Positions 52,057-64,000 of a stretch of 64,000 bases of DNA are shown here, one piece after another. How positions within the stretch are numbered: the stretch's first letter is position 1; each line of letters begins with the position of its first letter. Made by a program: the position numbers and the translations under genes. The stretch comes from Lama guanicoe (Eukaryota). The notes beneath the pieces are model-generated. The model was not told where the DNA came from. It searched no databases and saw only the letters and a list, made by a program, of their open reading frames with translations. Location of the stretch: NCBI GenBank assembly GCA_013239625.1, contig MU054001.1, positions 6,435,078-6,499,077 on the forward strand, in the 5' to 3' direction.

Positions 52057-53020
52057 ACTTGTTTATTTTTCATTATTATTATTATTTTAGGATGTCTCAG
52101 TGCCAAAATGAACCTGAGGTGTAAACTTAAGTTCTTCTCAGAACTTTTCTGGGCCTGACCCTTTCCTTGGCACAGTTACTTCAGTAATTTTTATCATATA
52201 TGTAGTTGCTTTTTAATGCCCTAGTCTTTAATGTCTGGCTCCTAAGAGGGAGGAAGAAGAAAATGAAGGAGGGTGGGCAGGTAGGGAAGGGCACTGGTCT
52301 TTTAAATCCCCTGTAAATCATTTCAGCTAGAAGGAAGGGAGTTGCAACAGCAAAAACAATGTCTGTCCCCATTTCTGTCTGCACCTCTGTAACCAGAAGC
52401 AACAATCAGCCATCAGAGAACAGATCCCTGATCTGTGGAGGACAGGGGCCTTTTTGCCCACTCTGGCTCCTACAAGCTGTGTGCATACTGCTCCAGGAAC
52501 ATGTGCACAGCTGCCTTACATGGAGCTGGAGGTGCTGATACTGTGCTAAGAGCTGAAAATAGACCAAAATTAACTGCAGTTTACCATCCAGACCTTCTCC
52601 TAGAAGCTGCAACCCTTCAAGAGACTACAGAATTCCAAAATGAATACATCAGATAGATTCTGCCAATGCAATTGTTTTCTTGGTGGGAGAAAGATTTCTG
52701 GTGCTTTCTATCCCTCCATCTTCCCAGAATCCACTCCCCTAATCTCCTAACTGTGAAGAAAAAAATAAAAATAAAAACACAAGATCAATCCCATGAGCAC
52801 TATAGAAAAGCCAAATTTGCCTGTTATCTCTTTGCCCCTTGTTCTTGCAGAATCTCTCTAATCTACCTAGGACCCTATCTTTAACCCCCAGAACACTTCA
52901 ACAGCAGTACAGCCCTTTGGATAGTGTATTGTGAATGCTGTGTATCATTAACCTACTGTTTATCTAATTCAACATTAAGAAAGACAGGTTAAATCTTTTC
53001 TTATTGAAGCAAGCACTCTT

Positions 53021-53313
53021 TGTTTTTCCTTTAATAAGCCAAACTTTTAATCAAATATAAGTTTACAATAAAAATAATTTTAAAATCAAATACAAGAAAT
53101 TTACCTTTCATGCATTTTTTAAACATTTTTTATGAATTTATAATCATTTTACAATGTTGTGTCAAATTCCAGTGTAGAGCACAATTTTTCAGTTATACAT
53201 GAACATATATGTATTCATTGTCACATTTTTTTCTCTGTGAGCTACCGTAAGATCTTGTATATATTTCCCTGTGCTATACAGTATAATCTTGTTTATCTGT
53301 TCTACATTTTGTT
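53021..53313 (-). mobile_element. 5'-truncated young L1 3' end (about 53115-53313) plus about 90 bp of extra downstream sequence inside one TSD pair
   Basis: Highly similar to 44060-44245. Perfect TSD agcaagcactctt at 53008-53020 and 53314-53326. Confidence 0.85.
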
Positions 53314-53999
53314 AGCAAGCACTCTTAACATGACCTGTAAATAGCATTCTACACTGCTTTCCAAAAGGCAGAGAATACAATTTGAAGAAGATTAACTAGA
53401 GGTTTTTTGGTCACTGTAAATTTTACTGTTGGCATTACAACTGTCTATTCTCCATACTGTTAAAGATACACTCACTTATAGAGTTAGTATCAAATTCCTT
53501 AAAGTATTGTATGTAGCTATTTGAAAGGAATTTTAATGCATTTAATATACAGTTTTCATATTTGATCACTACTGTACTTATTTCTGCTTGAAAAAAATGT
53601 ATTTATAATTTTACATGTGAAGTTTAGGGACTACTTTAATCAAATTCCATAATCTTGAGGAAATTATTTACTTCTCAGAATTATCATAAACTTCAGATTT
53701 CCTATGACTGGAAGGAGAATATGAGCAGTTTTTCTGATTGTCAGGTGTATTTAATGTGTGTGTTATATTAATAAAATAAGCTTTACCTAATTGTTTTTGA
53801 ATGAGTTAGAGTATGTCTCATTATTTTAGTAAATTGCTTTAACTTGAAGTTCTTTTAATGATCTGATTGGTTTCAGCTTATTCCATATAGAAAGAGCTTT
53901 ATATACTATAAAATGACATGTGTTGGTAGTGTTAGCATTTCACTGACGTATCACCTGTAGCTAATTACCTACTAAGTTTCTGACCAGCGCAAATCTGGC

Positions 54000-54330
54000 C
54001 TTATCAGGGAAGCCCTCCCCAAATTCACCCAAGCAGTGAATACCTCCACCAGCTCAGAACCCATCGTACATGTTCATAATTCTGCCTCATTGCCACATGG
54101 TACCTGTCTGTTTCCACATCTGTCTGCTTCAGGGACAGAAAGTTCTCAAAGGCAGGGAGCATGCCTCATTTGTGCTTATCTAATACCTAACTGAGTGCCA
54201 AGCACTCAGGAGGTACTTAAAAGTTGTTGGATGAGTGGATGGATAAGTTATGAAAGAAATCTTAAAGATCATTTAGTCTACCCACATCATTTTTAAAATA
54301 AAGAAATGAAGCTCAGAGAGGTTAATGCTT
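54000..54330. mobile_element. L2 3' end followed by a MIR fragment
   Basis: caaaggcagggagcatgcctc...gttgttggatgagtggatgga (L2 end), then gaaatgaagctcagagaggttaa (MIR). Confidence 0.65.
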
Positions 54331-57300
54331 TGCTTTACTTTTACTGAGTTACTGAAATTTATTATACTTCAAGCATTTTATCACTACACTACTCTAGATT
54401 CAGTAAAAATATTCTTTTCCAGTATGTTCCAGAAATGATGCATAGAAACCATATAGATGCATTATCTCACTAAGGCCACTAGAATCTAGCCTGCAGAAAG
54501 TTCCTCTCTGGTGCTTAGGAAGACAAGTTAAGAATAGAAGATAGTACACAAATCAAGAGTTTCTAAACTGGATGGGGCATAACTGTCAGAGGTTTGCCTT
54601 TGAGTAACCATGAGTTTAAATCATAGTTTTATAAATCAACTCATTTTGTATGTTTAACTGTTCTGCTCTTGAATTTATAAGAGGAATAATTTGCTAAACT
54701 CTGCTGACCATATGTATTGTGTTTTTCAGTTCAGTCTGACACAGCAGTTATCAGAGAGACCGACAGCTTCTACTAATAAATTTTAGGGCATTCATCACTT
54801 TGATTGAATCATGCCACTTAAGAAATAATTACTTTCAGGTTGAATTTGATTTTTAACTGTCTAGCCACTGGTTTGTGAGCAAAATTGAGGTTTCTTCTCT
54901 AACCCAAAACCCTGAGTAGGAGTCCATCATGTAGTAAAAATTAAGAATTCTGTTAAAAATGAAGCAACTCATTAGACAGAAATGCATAAAAGATACCTTT
55001 GGTAGGAAAATCCTTTAACATCTGTATAGACTGATACAGTGTGTTCATTCAGAGGAAGTAACAACTCAGAAATCCTAGATGCCATGCTTCATCTGTGAGA
55101 AGAACCTGCTTTGGATAGTAGTGCTCATGTAGGCAGCTGTTGAATAATTAGCAAGTACGACATCTTTATAAATTTGTAATGAGACATAGGTGTACATGGT
55201 AAGAAAGGATCTGGATTTTGGAATTTAAGGGTCTAACGAAAGATAGCCTTTACTGCATAAACCAAGTGAATGCAGACTGACTTCATTGCCCTAAGAAAAA
55301 AATGTCAGGCCAAATGCAGTTCTAAAATTTGTACTATAAAAACCTTCATTCAAGTAAATTTACTTTAATGAGAGTTAATGGAAAATCTGAAAATCTTAGT
55401 GATGATTAATGCCAAGTTCCTGTTCTCTAGTTCTTTCTGTCATTAAGTATTATCATCTCTAATGAATTCCTTACCTTCTGGAACATAGAGGATTCCTCTA
55501 GAAGATGGAGTGTCCTCTCATATTGGAATTTTAAATTAAAAATGTCTGTTAACCCATAAAAACATGACAAGGTTGGAAAAATTCAAATTGCAAGCTTCTT
55601 CAGATTCCTTAAGACCCTCTTCTCATAGGAGTAGAGGAAATATGTGACTTCAACTGAGATACACATATAACAGTATAAAATTCAAAACATTATTAATTTA
55701 TTAAGCCTTTGAAGATCATTAATTTGCCATAATTACCTTGATTGCATTTCTCTTAAAAATTCAACATTCAAGTTATGAAAAATAAATTCCCTAATAAAAC
55801 TAGTAATTAGAACATATCCATTTCTCACTTGTTAATAATAATCCTCATCAAATGAAAATTATAACCCCTTTAAACTTTCAATTTTAGGGCCCTTAACAAT
55901 CTCCCATCATCATTTGCTGCCAGCATCCTCTTACTTGGGGTTTATTGTCTTCACCTAAGATTTTTATGTTCATATACAATCTGAAGTAAATAAATCCTAC
56001 TTTTTTTTCCCTTACAATGAAGGTTCTGATAATGATTTAACTGATAAAGAAAGGCAGGGCAGGAGTAGGTTTATTGTTTACCCAGCATTAAGGGCCTCCA
56101 GTCTTGGAAAACTGTGTGCATGTGTTCTGGATTACGGTGCCTAAGTCTCTCTGTATTTTGTTTATACTCTGAAGTTAAAGGTAGTCAGAGCTCTCTGCAA
56201 GCATAGTGAATCTTCTTTGGGGCCCAGTGTGTCAAAATAGAAAGGGAAAGGATGTCTAGATAGAATTTTATGAACTTAAAAAGTGAAATTTTTAAATCAT
56301 TCCTAGAAATTTAGACTTCTTTAGAATAATATCTTGTTAATGGAGACCCATTCAAACAGATTCCTCATGTCATCTTACTAAATTTACTGCATCTGTATGG
56401 AATATTATTTGGCAGTATTGTTTGGTAAAGGGAATATGGAAAGTTGGGTTGGTTCTCTTTGAACAAATACATAACCAAAGCAGTTATCTATCAGAGGTTT
56501 TAATCTAGTACCTGTGGCTCAAATTAACTCTGCAGACATATTTTAATTTTTTCCCCATAGTACTTAAAATATTTTGAATTAGATTTCAGTTACATTTCTG
56601 TAGCAACAACAATTGGCTGGAGCTAAGTAGTTGCCATCCTCTTTGGTCAGTGTGGGGCTCTTTTGAGCCCCTCCCAGCCCTCTACTTATTGCTGTCTCTC
56701 CCATCTGGAGGTCTTGAGTCAGTTTGTATGCCCTGTGCCTTTTTACTGTTTGATCATCTTGGTTGTACCAGGACATCTTAACTTACTTAAGTTAGGACCT
56801 CACACCTTAGATCGTTTGAGTTGATAACCCCTGAGCTACAGAATGCAATTAAACTGCTGCTGCGAAAGGGAAGAGTTGTTGGCATTAGCTGGTTTATCTT
56901 AATGATTTCAGCCATCATATGGCCTTCAGTGTACTGTTTTATGAATAAGTGGAAGCAGATGAAAGATAGTTTTATTCTGTACCCTTATGCTGCTCTTTCA
57001 CTAATGTAACTGGGATTAAGAAAAACTGGACAGTACCACAGAACAGATGTAAACATGACCTTGGCAAATCTTCCTGTCTCAAGCATAGGAACAGTTCAGA
57101 TTACTATTTTGAACCATGCTTTGTGAAAATGCTTCCAGAAAATACTGCAAATGTTTTATTAACTTTATTTTTTCCAAAATGAACCAAAATATTACCCCTC
57201 CAGAAATATAGGGACTGTCAAATCCAAGGAGAATTTCTTCATGCAGGAACTCCAAATGACATTAAGAATACTACTTTTTTTTGTAATTTCCATTGGAATA

Positions 57301-58049
57301 TTTTTCTTAAAATGTTGAGATGTCATACTGAAAGCCTACAGTGCCAGAAATCACAATTTTTAATCTCTTCCTTCATACCGTAGTATATCAAGGAGGTGTT
57401 AGGTGCCCATTATTAATCATCAACCTTTGTTTTGATTTTTCCTAACATAGGTTAGGTCACATAGTTGAACTTCCAATTTAAGTTTCTAAAACTCCTAAGG
57501 CTTCCTTTTGATGCCAGCATTAACCACGGGGTTCTACATTTGAAAGGAAGGCTGTGCTGCACTTGGCAATGATTAAAATTTTAGCTTAATCCTTTCAAGT
57601 TATGAATGGAGATAAATGAAGCATAAACCATTTGTTTTTGCACACACTTACTTGATTATGTGTCTGTATTTTGAGGGGAAGAAACTGCATGTACATTGAC
57701 TATTTCCGCTATATTACTTGTTAGAAGAATCTAATGAAAAAGGATTTGAGTTTCAGGTTTATATCTTCAATTTTTTACTAACTCATAATGCGATCTTTTA
57801 TTAAGGATTATTTCTTCAAGTGAATACCAGTGATGACAGCTATCATCATATTGTTTCTATTAGCATTTTTAAAATTAGTTTTCAAGTTAAAAAAGGCAAA
57901 TTCATATCCAGAATAGATATCTACTCCTGTAAAATTAATTGCTGCCACTTCTAGGGTAGATGAGATTCAGAGGAATCACCATACCCCCAACTCTTTATTC
58001 TGCCCTGCACCCCATCATCCCTGCCCCAACCCTCAACCCCTGCCTTGAT

Positions 58050-59150
58050 CACACACTCTCAGAATATAGTCTCATGCTTACTCTCCTGCAAGTACATATT
58101 AGCTAGGTCCTGGACTTAATTCAGGCCATAGGGCCTTATTCCCTTACATGTCCATCACATTCCTGGTCAGGTTATGTTATAACTTAACCCCACTTTTTGG
58201 CCTAGTGGACAGGAGAGAAGGTGGGATAGGCTGTAGGAAGTGGGAAGCATTTTGCCTAGTTGGGACAGAAACTTTTCTATCATCCTTAGACAGGAGGGAA
58301 TGCCAGCCTTTAACAGTCTACTTCTGCAGGCTCTGAAAACTCGTTCAAGTGAATCTGGGGATTCAAGGTTTTCAGATTCATCACCTAGATGTTCCTATCC
58401 TGTGGGTCAAATGTGATTCTTTCCCGACTAGGGCTCTAACCTTAACATAGCAGACCTGCTTAGATTGAGAATTTGACCTTCCTGGGAGCTCTTCTACTCT
58501 TACCGTTAAGTCCTGGTCTTAGTTCTCAGCTTTCCCTGCCCTCCTGCTGCAGGAGGTGATAGCCTCTTTATATGCTCCCCAAGAGGCCTTCTGGCTTTCA
58601 CACTTAGCTTTTAATTTCTCATCAGTCATGCTCAACCTTTGTATCTTTCCTCTATTTCCTCAGTTGAGCTTAGCAATAGCCATCCAATTCCACTGTCTTT
58701 ATAGTTACTGTTTATCTCATATTTCTCAAAAAGCCTTAAATATCACACTCACAGGTGCATTTCCTTCCACCAGAATACTATCCCAAGACAGCACCAGTAA
58801 GAGTTAGTGTGGCTATCTGTGTGTTGCTTATCCCCAGTGAAGGAATCCTTATTGCCAGCACCGTGATAGGTGATCCAACTCCAAAATCTTTGTATCTGCT
58901 TTCTCACATCACTTTTGGTATCAACTGTTGTAGATAGGGTTCCCTGGGAAACAGACTCTGGGATGGAGATTAGCATACAAGAAGTTTAGTTTCAGGGAGC
59001 GCTTTTGTAGCCAGCGGAAGGAAAGGGAAGGAAGCAGAGGTGGGCTATGATTCAGTGCCAATAAACTCTTGGGCTGACCTTGGGACCTCTGAATGTGGAA
59101 TGGCCCTGCAGAGTTATCCTGAGCTGTGATGAGGGAATCTAATCTTATGC
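58050..59150 (-). mobile_element. ERVL relic: LTR16/LTR33-like LTR (about 58927-59150) with adjoining internal sequence
   Basis: tgt...gggttccctgggaaacagactctg..atggagatt is a recalled LTR16/33-type end. It abuts cacttttggtatcaactg, the reverse of an ERVL post-LTR ttgRtacca-type start. Confidence 0.55.
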
Positions 59151-60884
59151 CTACAGTTTTATTGAGTACATTTCCTTTAATTTTACTGTGTAAATTACTC
59201 TTAACCATGTGGGGGTGGAAGAACTTTATTGCTTTGTTGACTATAATTTTTTTTAGCTATTATTCCATTCAAAGTCTGAGGCGTGATTCTTCATATTGAA
59301 TTGTTAATAATTAATTGGCTCTATTTTTATTTCTCCCATAATGAATTATTTATTTTTTCTATAACCTCTTTACATAATTGAATGATGAGATGAAATTTTT
59401 TAAAAATCTATTTTATAAGGTACTTCCAGTCCCTCATCTCACTTTACTATTTTTCAAAGTCTTAATAAGTAGCTAGTGAAGCTACGAAAATAGAATCAGC
59501 AAACATCAGTACAGGAGTAGCAGGAAATGAGCCTGGAAATGTAGGTGGGAAATGTAGGTGGGAAACGCACATGCCAGATGATGAGGTTTTCCCTGTGTGT
59601 CCTGGAAGAGAAAGAATGAGAGCAGATTTGCAATTTTGTTTTTCAACCGTACTGATGGCAATGTGGGGGACACATGGGAGATGGAGAGAAAATCAGTTGT
59701 AGGTCCATCATCACACAAATCTCAGATATTTTTTGGGAGTTTTCCTAGATGAGTATGGAAGTAAACAGTTCATTGGGAGTATATATGTGACAGATTAAAG
59801 AAATTGTCTTTGTAAAAGACTACATTTCTATATCCATAGGCAAAGCATCCTGAGTGTGGTGAAAATAAGTGCTAAGATATTTGATACACTGACATAGACA
59901 GTTGTTCCAGTTACTCAGAGTCAGGAGTTTTGAGTTCAACTAATAATAAAAGTGAGCAAATTACTTAGTTCTCAAAGGATTCTATGAAAATCTTTATTAT
60001 TATAATTATTACATAAATTAGCTTCATTAAATTCATATGAAATCTTTACAGAAAGCATAATATGAATGATAGTTTTTTAAGAATACTTAATGAGAGGAAA
60101 AAAACCTTTTCTTCAAAATACTTTTGGTCTTCACACCACTTTCAATGTTTTTAAGCACAAAAGAGTACTGTCATTTTAATATTCCTATGAGTCAACTCAT
60201 CATTTTTAAAACTTCTGTATTCATTAAGTAAAATTGTCATCATGCAAGTGTAATAAATACTGCTTCTAGAATAGACTTGCCGTTTACCTGGCCTTTGCAC
60301 TAACAGATTGATTTAACTGTCAATGTATTGTATTTCAAAAAAATTTTATTAAAATTCTTGCATTTTCCAATAAAATAAACTTTTTTTAGTTGGAATATGT
60401 GAAGACAATTCTACTCAAAATTTGACATACAATTTATTAGTCACTTAATATGAGTGCTACTACTGATTGTGGGTCCTGTAATACTGTTATTTAAAATAAT
60501 GCTGAAACCTGATATGTGTAGTGATATATAGTTAACTACTGCTTTTAGCATGAGAAAGCAAAATGTGATTATGATCAGAACATCTTAAAAATACAGTCTA
60601 CCTTAGATTTAAAGTGTGTAAGATAAAAAAAGTACACATAATTAGTCTTATAAGTAATGCTTTTGGAGGACTAATACCAAAGCTCCCTTTAAATACATTT
60701 TCTTTAATTATACTAATACAGGGTTATCTGCTGTCTTCTCTTTGATGAATCAAGCTAGTTAAAATATAATTTAAAATATGTTTAAGTACAACTATATTAC
60801 AACAATTTCTATGTATTATATTTCTTTCTTTTTTAAATGTACACATCAGTAACAAAACTTACAATTCTATTATTTTCCTTCTAG

Positions 60885-60946
60885 ATTTATTCCTCACGAC
60901 ATTGTCTGCCTCTGGTACCTTCCAGTTTGAGATATGGGAAAATCTG
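60885..60946 (+). CDS. ITFG1: ITFG1 internal coding exon (62 nt, phase 1/0; probably exon 7), encodes (D)LFLTTLSASGTFQFEIWENL
   Basis: Acceptor ttttccttctAG ends at 60884 and donor GTAAGA starts at 60947. The translation matches recalled human DLFLTTLNATTSTFQFEIWENL apart from the central residues. It is in frame with the previous exon. Confidence 0.95.
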
Positions 60947-61554
60947 GTAAGAAATCATTTCTTTGAAGCATTTTGAAATGATAGCTTTCAGTAAAAGCAC
61001 ACAATTTTAAAAAATAAAATGAAACTAATCACTTGGTCGGTTGGTTTCAACAATAAATAGAACAACTTTAAGAGCTTTTGGTTGCATTGCTGCATTCAAA
61101 CTACTGAATATTGCTGAAGGAGATGATTCATTCAGCATCAATTCCTCTGCAGGTTTTTAGGCATGACTGCCAATTAAACCAATCAGTCTGCCCTAATGCG
61201 CATGTTAACAGGGCCCCTGCTAGGCTGTCAGCTGTAGAGAGAGATGCCTGTCATTTAATTTGTCAGCATGTTGGTTTATTAAAGAAAACTCCTTTTAAAA
61301 GGCTAATTTTTCCTCCTTGCCTTAAGGCTTACATAAAAAAATAAGAACAACAGACACTAAATTTACTGCCAAGTTGACCAGGATTAAGGAGTCTTTACCA
61401 ATATAGTTTTTAATAGCAAGTAGAATATTCCCAAACTGGTATCACGGTTTTGTTTTATTTTATTTTTAGCTTGATGTGAATTATATGAAAGATTAATTAA
61501 TGAAGAATAGACTACTTGAAATTTTAAAGTTGAATTTCAGGTATATAATAGAGG

Positions 61555-61740
61555 ACAAGATTTGAGGACAGGCCAAATTGGCCACCTGAGTGACATTCAT
61601 CAGGTAACAGTCAAGTATGAAACCTCACTTTCCTCATATGGAAAATGGGTTTAAGAGTATCTGCTTCATAGAATGTTTGTGAAGATTAAATGAAACACTG
61701 TGTAAAGTGCCTGGCACACAGTAGACACTTAACCAAATTT
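61555..61740 (+). mobile_element. MIR SINE
   Basis: cctcactttcctcatatggaaaatggg...gtgaagattaaatga...gtaaagtgcctggcacacagtag. Confidence 0.75.
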
Positions 61741-62819
61741 TAGTTTTAGATCACTTGATTTCCCATCTCTTTATTCTTAATTGTTTTTTATTCAATCCAA
61801 ATTAAACCGGTAACATTTTGTAGATTTTTGTTAAAATACTGATGAAAATTAAGCAGATCTTAAAAAGTGTGAAGCACAAGTCTGTGGAAGGAGATTGATT
61901 ATCAGCCATCTCTCATAGCATGATCATGACCCAGATTTCTGCATGGAAGGAAACTAGAATGAAGAGAAGAGCTTTGTTTAAAAAAGATTAGGGCTTTTAA
62001 ATACTACCTACTTCCAAACTAAGCAGTTTGGTCTTTTTTTTTTTTTTTTTAATAAGGCAAGGAAAAGGAAGAAAGACATCTAAACTAGAAAGATTTATCT
62101 TTGTTTAGCATACTACATTTTTTAAAATGTAGTTGTGATTATTTTTCTGATGATAGAAATATGGTGGTTATATTAATGATGACTATAAATGAAATATTCC
62201 ACTAGTGGAGGATATTTATTTTTCAGGTGTCCCTGAAGACAATATTTCAAGTGAATCTTGAGGTGTTAGAAAATGAGAAAATCAGTCATTTGATTGATTA
62301 GTATCCATCTGGGGGAGAAAAGCCTTATTACAAATAAATATAATATATATATATATATTTATATATATATAATTATGGAATACTTATAAGTATATTATGT
62401 ACTCTCAGCCCAGGCTGATTTAAAGGTAATAAAGTGAAGCAACTCAATAAGAGAACCTTCTTCATGAAGAGACTAGGTCTTTTTTCCCTTTATTAGTATT
62501 TTCTTTAAAGATAATTAAAAATTGACTATTGGACAGTAGTGACTAAGGGATTTTCTTGCTGTAAAAAAGCTGTGTCAATAAGGTTCTTATGTTAATAATA
62601 AAATAGAAGTCATTAGTACAAATTAAGAATATAGACTCAAAATTAACTAGTTCAGATAAACTGCAGGTTTTGTAAAAGGATCATTTTTAATTAGCGATTA
62701 GGCAAACAGTTTGCAGTAACACACTAATTGACAAAAAAACAAAAACAACCCAAACCCTGTAAAACCATATTAGCTAATAAAAGGATATATGCTGCCAGAA
62801 ATCTTTTCAGAGTGTCAGT

Positions 62820-63600
62820 TGTAGGCACAGCTGCATGGTAGAGGCTCTGGGAGATCAGAAGTGAACAGAAGACCGGGAAGAAGGCTAAGATGTGAGTGTA
62901 GCAGCTATGACTGGTATGATGTGAGGTCCAAACCTCATGCTGCAGGGAGTTAGAAAGACAAAGCAGTTGCTTCCATTTGGTTTGCCCAGGATCATCAGGG
63001 AAGGCTTCCAGAAAGATGTGGTATTTGAAATGGCTGGCAGAGATGAGCAGGATTTTAGTGGTTAGAAGTGAGAAAAAAGGAAAGGGTGAGCAAGGACATG
63101 CACAGGAAACACAGGACATATTCAGAGAATAGAAAGCGGCTGGTTTGGGCTAGAATATTTCAAGTTACTAGAAGGTAAGATTAGAAGAATTAGTTTAGAC
63201 AGATCAGCAAAGGCCTTGACTCCTAAACTGAGTACTTTGATGATCTTTTAAAAATTTACTGAGAAGCTTAATTCCTGAAGATTTTAGAACTGAGAGTGAG
63301 GTAAATACAGCCTTCATGATTGCAATTAATCTGGCTACTGCATATCAGATAGATTAGCATGGGAAATCTGGAGGTGGGGAGATAGGTGGAATTTACCTGA
63401 GAGTGAGGTGGTTGATTAAAGGAGTAAAATGTTGGGAATGGACAAGAAGGGATAGCTATGAGAAGACAGGGTGACCATTAATGCAAGGGTAACATGTGTT
63501 TTATGGTGGTGACCAGTAACAGAGAAGACACAAGAAGTATCTAATTTGGGGCAGGAAAAAAATTATTTTGTGTAAGAGATTTATCAAGGAAATGATTAGA
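62820..63600 (-). mobile_element. LINE-2 fragment(s)
   Basis: atcagggaaggcttccagaaagatgtg, aaggccttga...ctgagtacttt and attaatctggct are reverse L2 phrases. Confidence 0.6.
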
Positions 63601-63699
63601 ACTCAGTGGAAAAAGTAGGTAAGAATCATGAAGAGAAAGAGTTAAGAGAAGAATGGCAAAGCCAGATGCTTGGACAACACCCACCACAGTTTATGTTAG

Positions 63700-63915
63700 A
63701 AACTTTTCAGTGTTGGCATTTATTGCCATTTTAGGCCAGATGATGCTTTATTGTGGATGTCTGTCCTGTGCGTTCTAGATTGTTTAGCAATATCCCTGGC
63801 CACTACTCACTTAGATGCTGGTAGCCACCTCCCAGTGGTAACAATCAAAAATGTCTCCAGACATTTCCCAGTGTCCTCTCAAGAGCAAAATCACCTCCAG
63901 TCGAGAACCATTGCT
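63700..63915. mobile_element. MER20 hAT MITE
   Basis: ctgtcctgtgcgtt...gtttagcaatatccctggcc...acaatcaaaaatgtctccagacatt...gagaaccattgc. Confidence 0.85.
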
Positions 63916-64000
63916 TTAGGTGAATAAAGAGGGAGACACTTGATAGTCATCATATGTTGCTTCCTGATCATTCTTTAACCTTATAAATATGACAATTTTA

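Larger units (their letters stand above)
39250..52735 (-). mobile_element. Old full-length LINE-1 (segments about 39250-44047 and 51138-52735), host of a nested L1 and a SINE
   Basis: L1M-type 3' end near 39250-39330. Heavily decayed ORF2 peptides (ELPFDLAIPLLGTYP, DKLDFIKIK, INETKNWFLEK) and ORF1 peptides (ITEMKNSLEGLKGR). The 5' end reads ggattctgggaagatggag on the minus strand at about 52732. The sequence is continuous across the nested insertion. Confidence 0.9.

Noticed and set aside
62336..62395. (TA)n tract and adjacent palindrome atacttataagtat
   Set aside because: It is a common AT microsatellite, and its self-complementarity is trivial.
44..63119. ORFs in the supplied six-frame track as independent genes
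   Set aside because: They are either decayed L1 ORF1/ORF2 pieces and their antisense shadows or short low-complexity ORFs with no recognisable domains. The real ITFG1 exons are too short to appear in the track.

Overview
AT-rich mammalian genomic DNA, not prokaryotic. It is most likely camelid, judged from five copies of a tRNA-derived SINE resembling the camelid vic-1 family and no obvious BovB, Bov-tA, PRE-1 or Alu. The window lies inside the ITFG1 (TIP/LINKIN, FG-GAP repeat protein) gene on the + strand. Three internal coding exons (717-791, 13565-13659, 60885-60946) have canonical AG/GT sites and splice in frame to ...DFNGDLIPDIFGITNESNQPQILLGGNLTWHPALTTKSKMRIPHSHAFIDLTEDFTADLFLTTLSASGTFQFEIWENL.... 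The rest is intron rich in transposon relics. These include a decayed near-full-length sense L1 (18395-24437) and an old full-length antisense L1 (about 39250-52735) carrying a nested younger 7.1 kb full-length L1 (44048-51137). L1M fragments, L2, MIR, hAT/MER DNA transposons and ERV/MaLR LTR relics are also present. Nearly all ORFs in the supplied track are L1 fragments or chance ORFs. I see no convincing new gene system. The best leads are: (1) a splice-ready antisense cassette at the young L1 5' end that could act as an ITFG1 poison exon or L1-antisense chimeric exon; (2) a 59-bp tandem array with A-B-A-B higher-order structure in that L1 promoter; (3) a TSD-bounded candidate L1 3' transduction; (4) a homeobox/MEIS-motif-dense candidate conserved enhancer just after the third exon. 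Repeat subfamily names come from recalled consensus similarity, and boundaries without TSDs are approximate.
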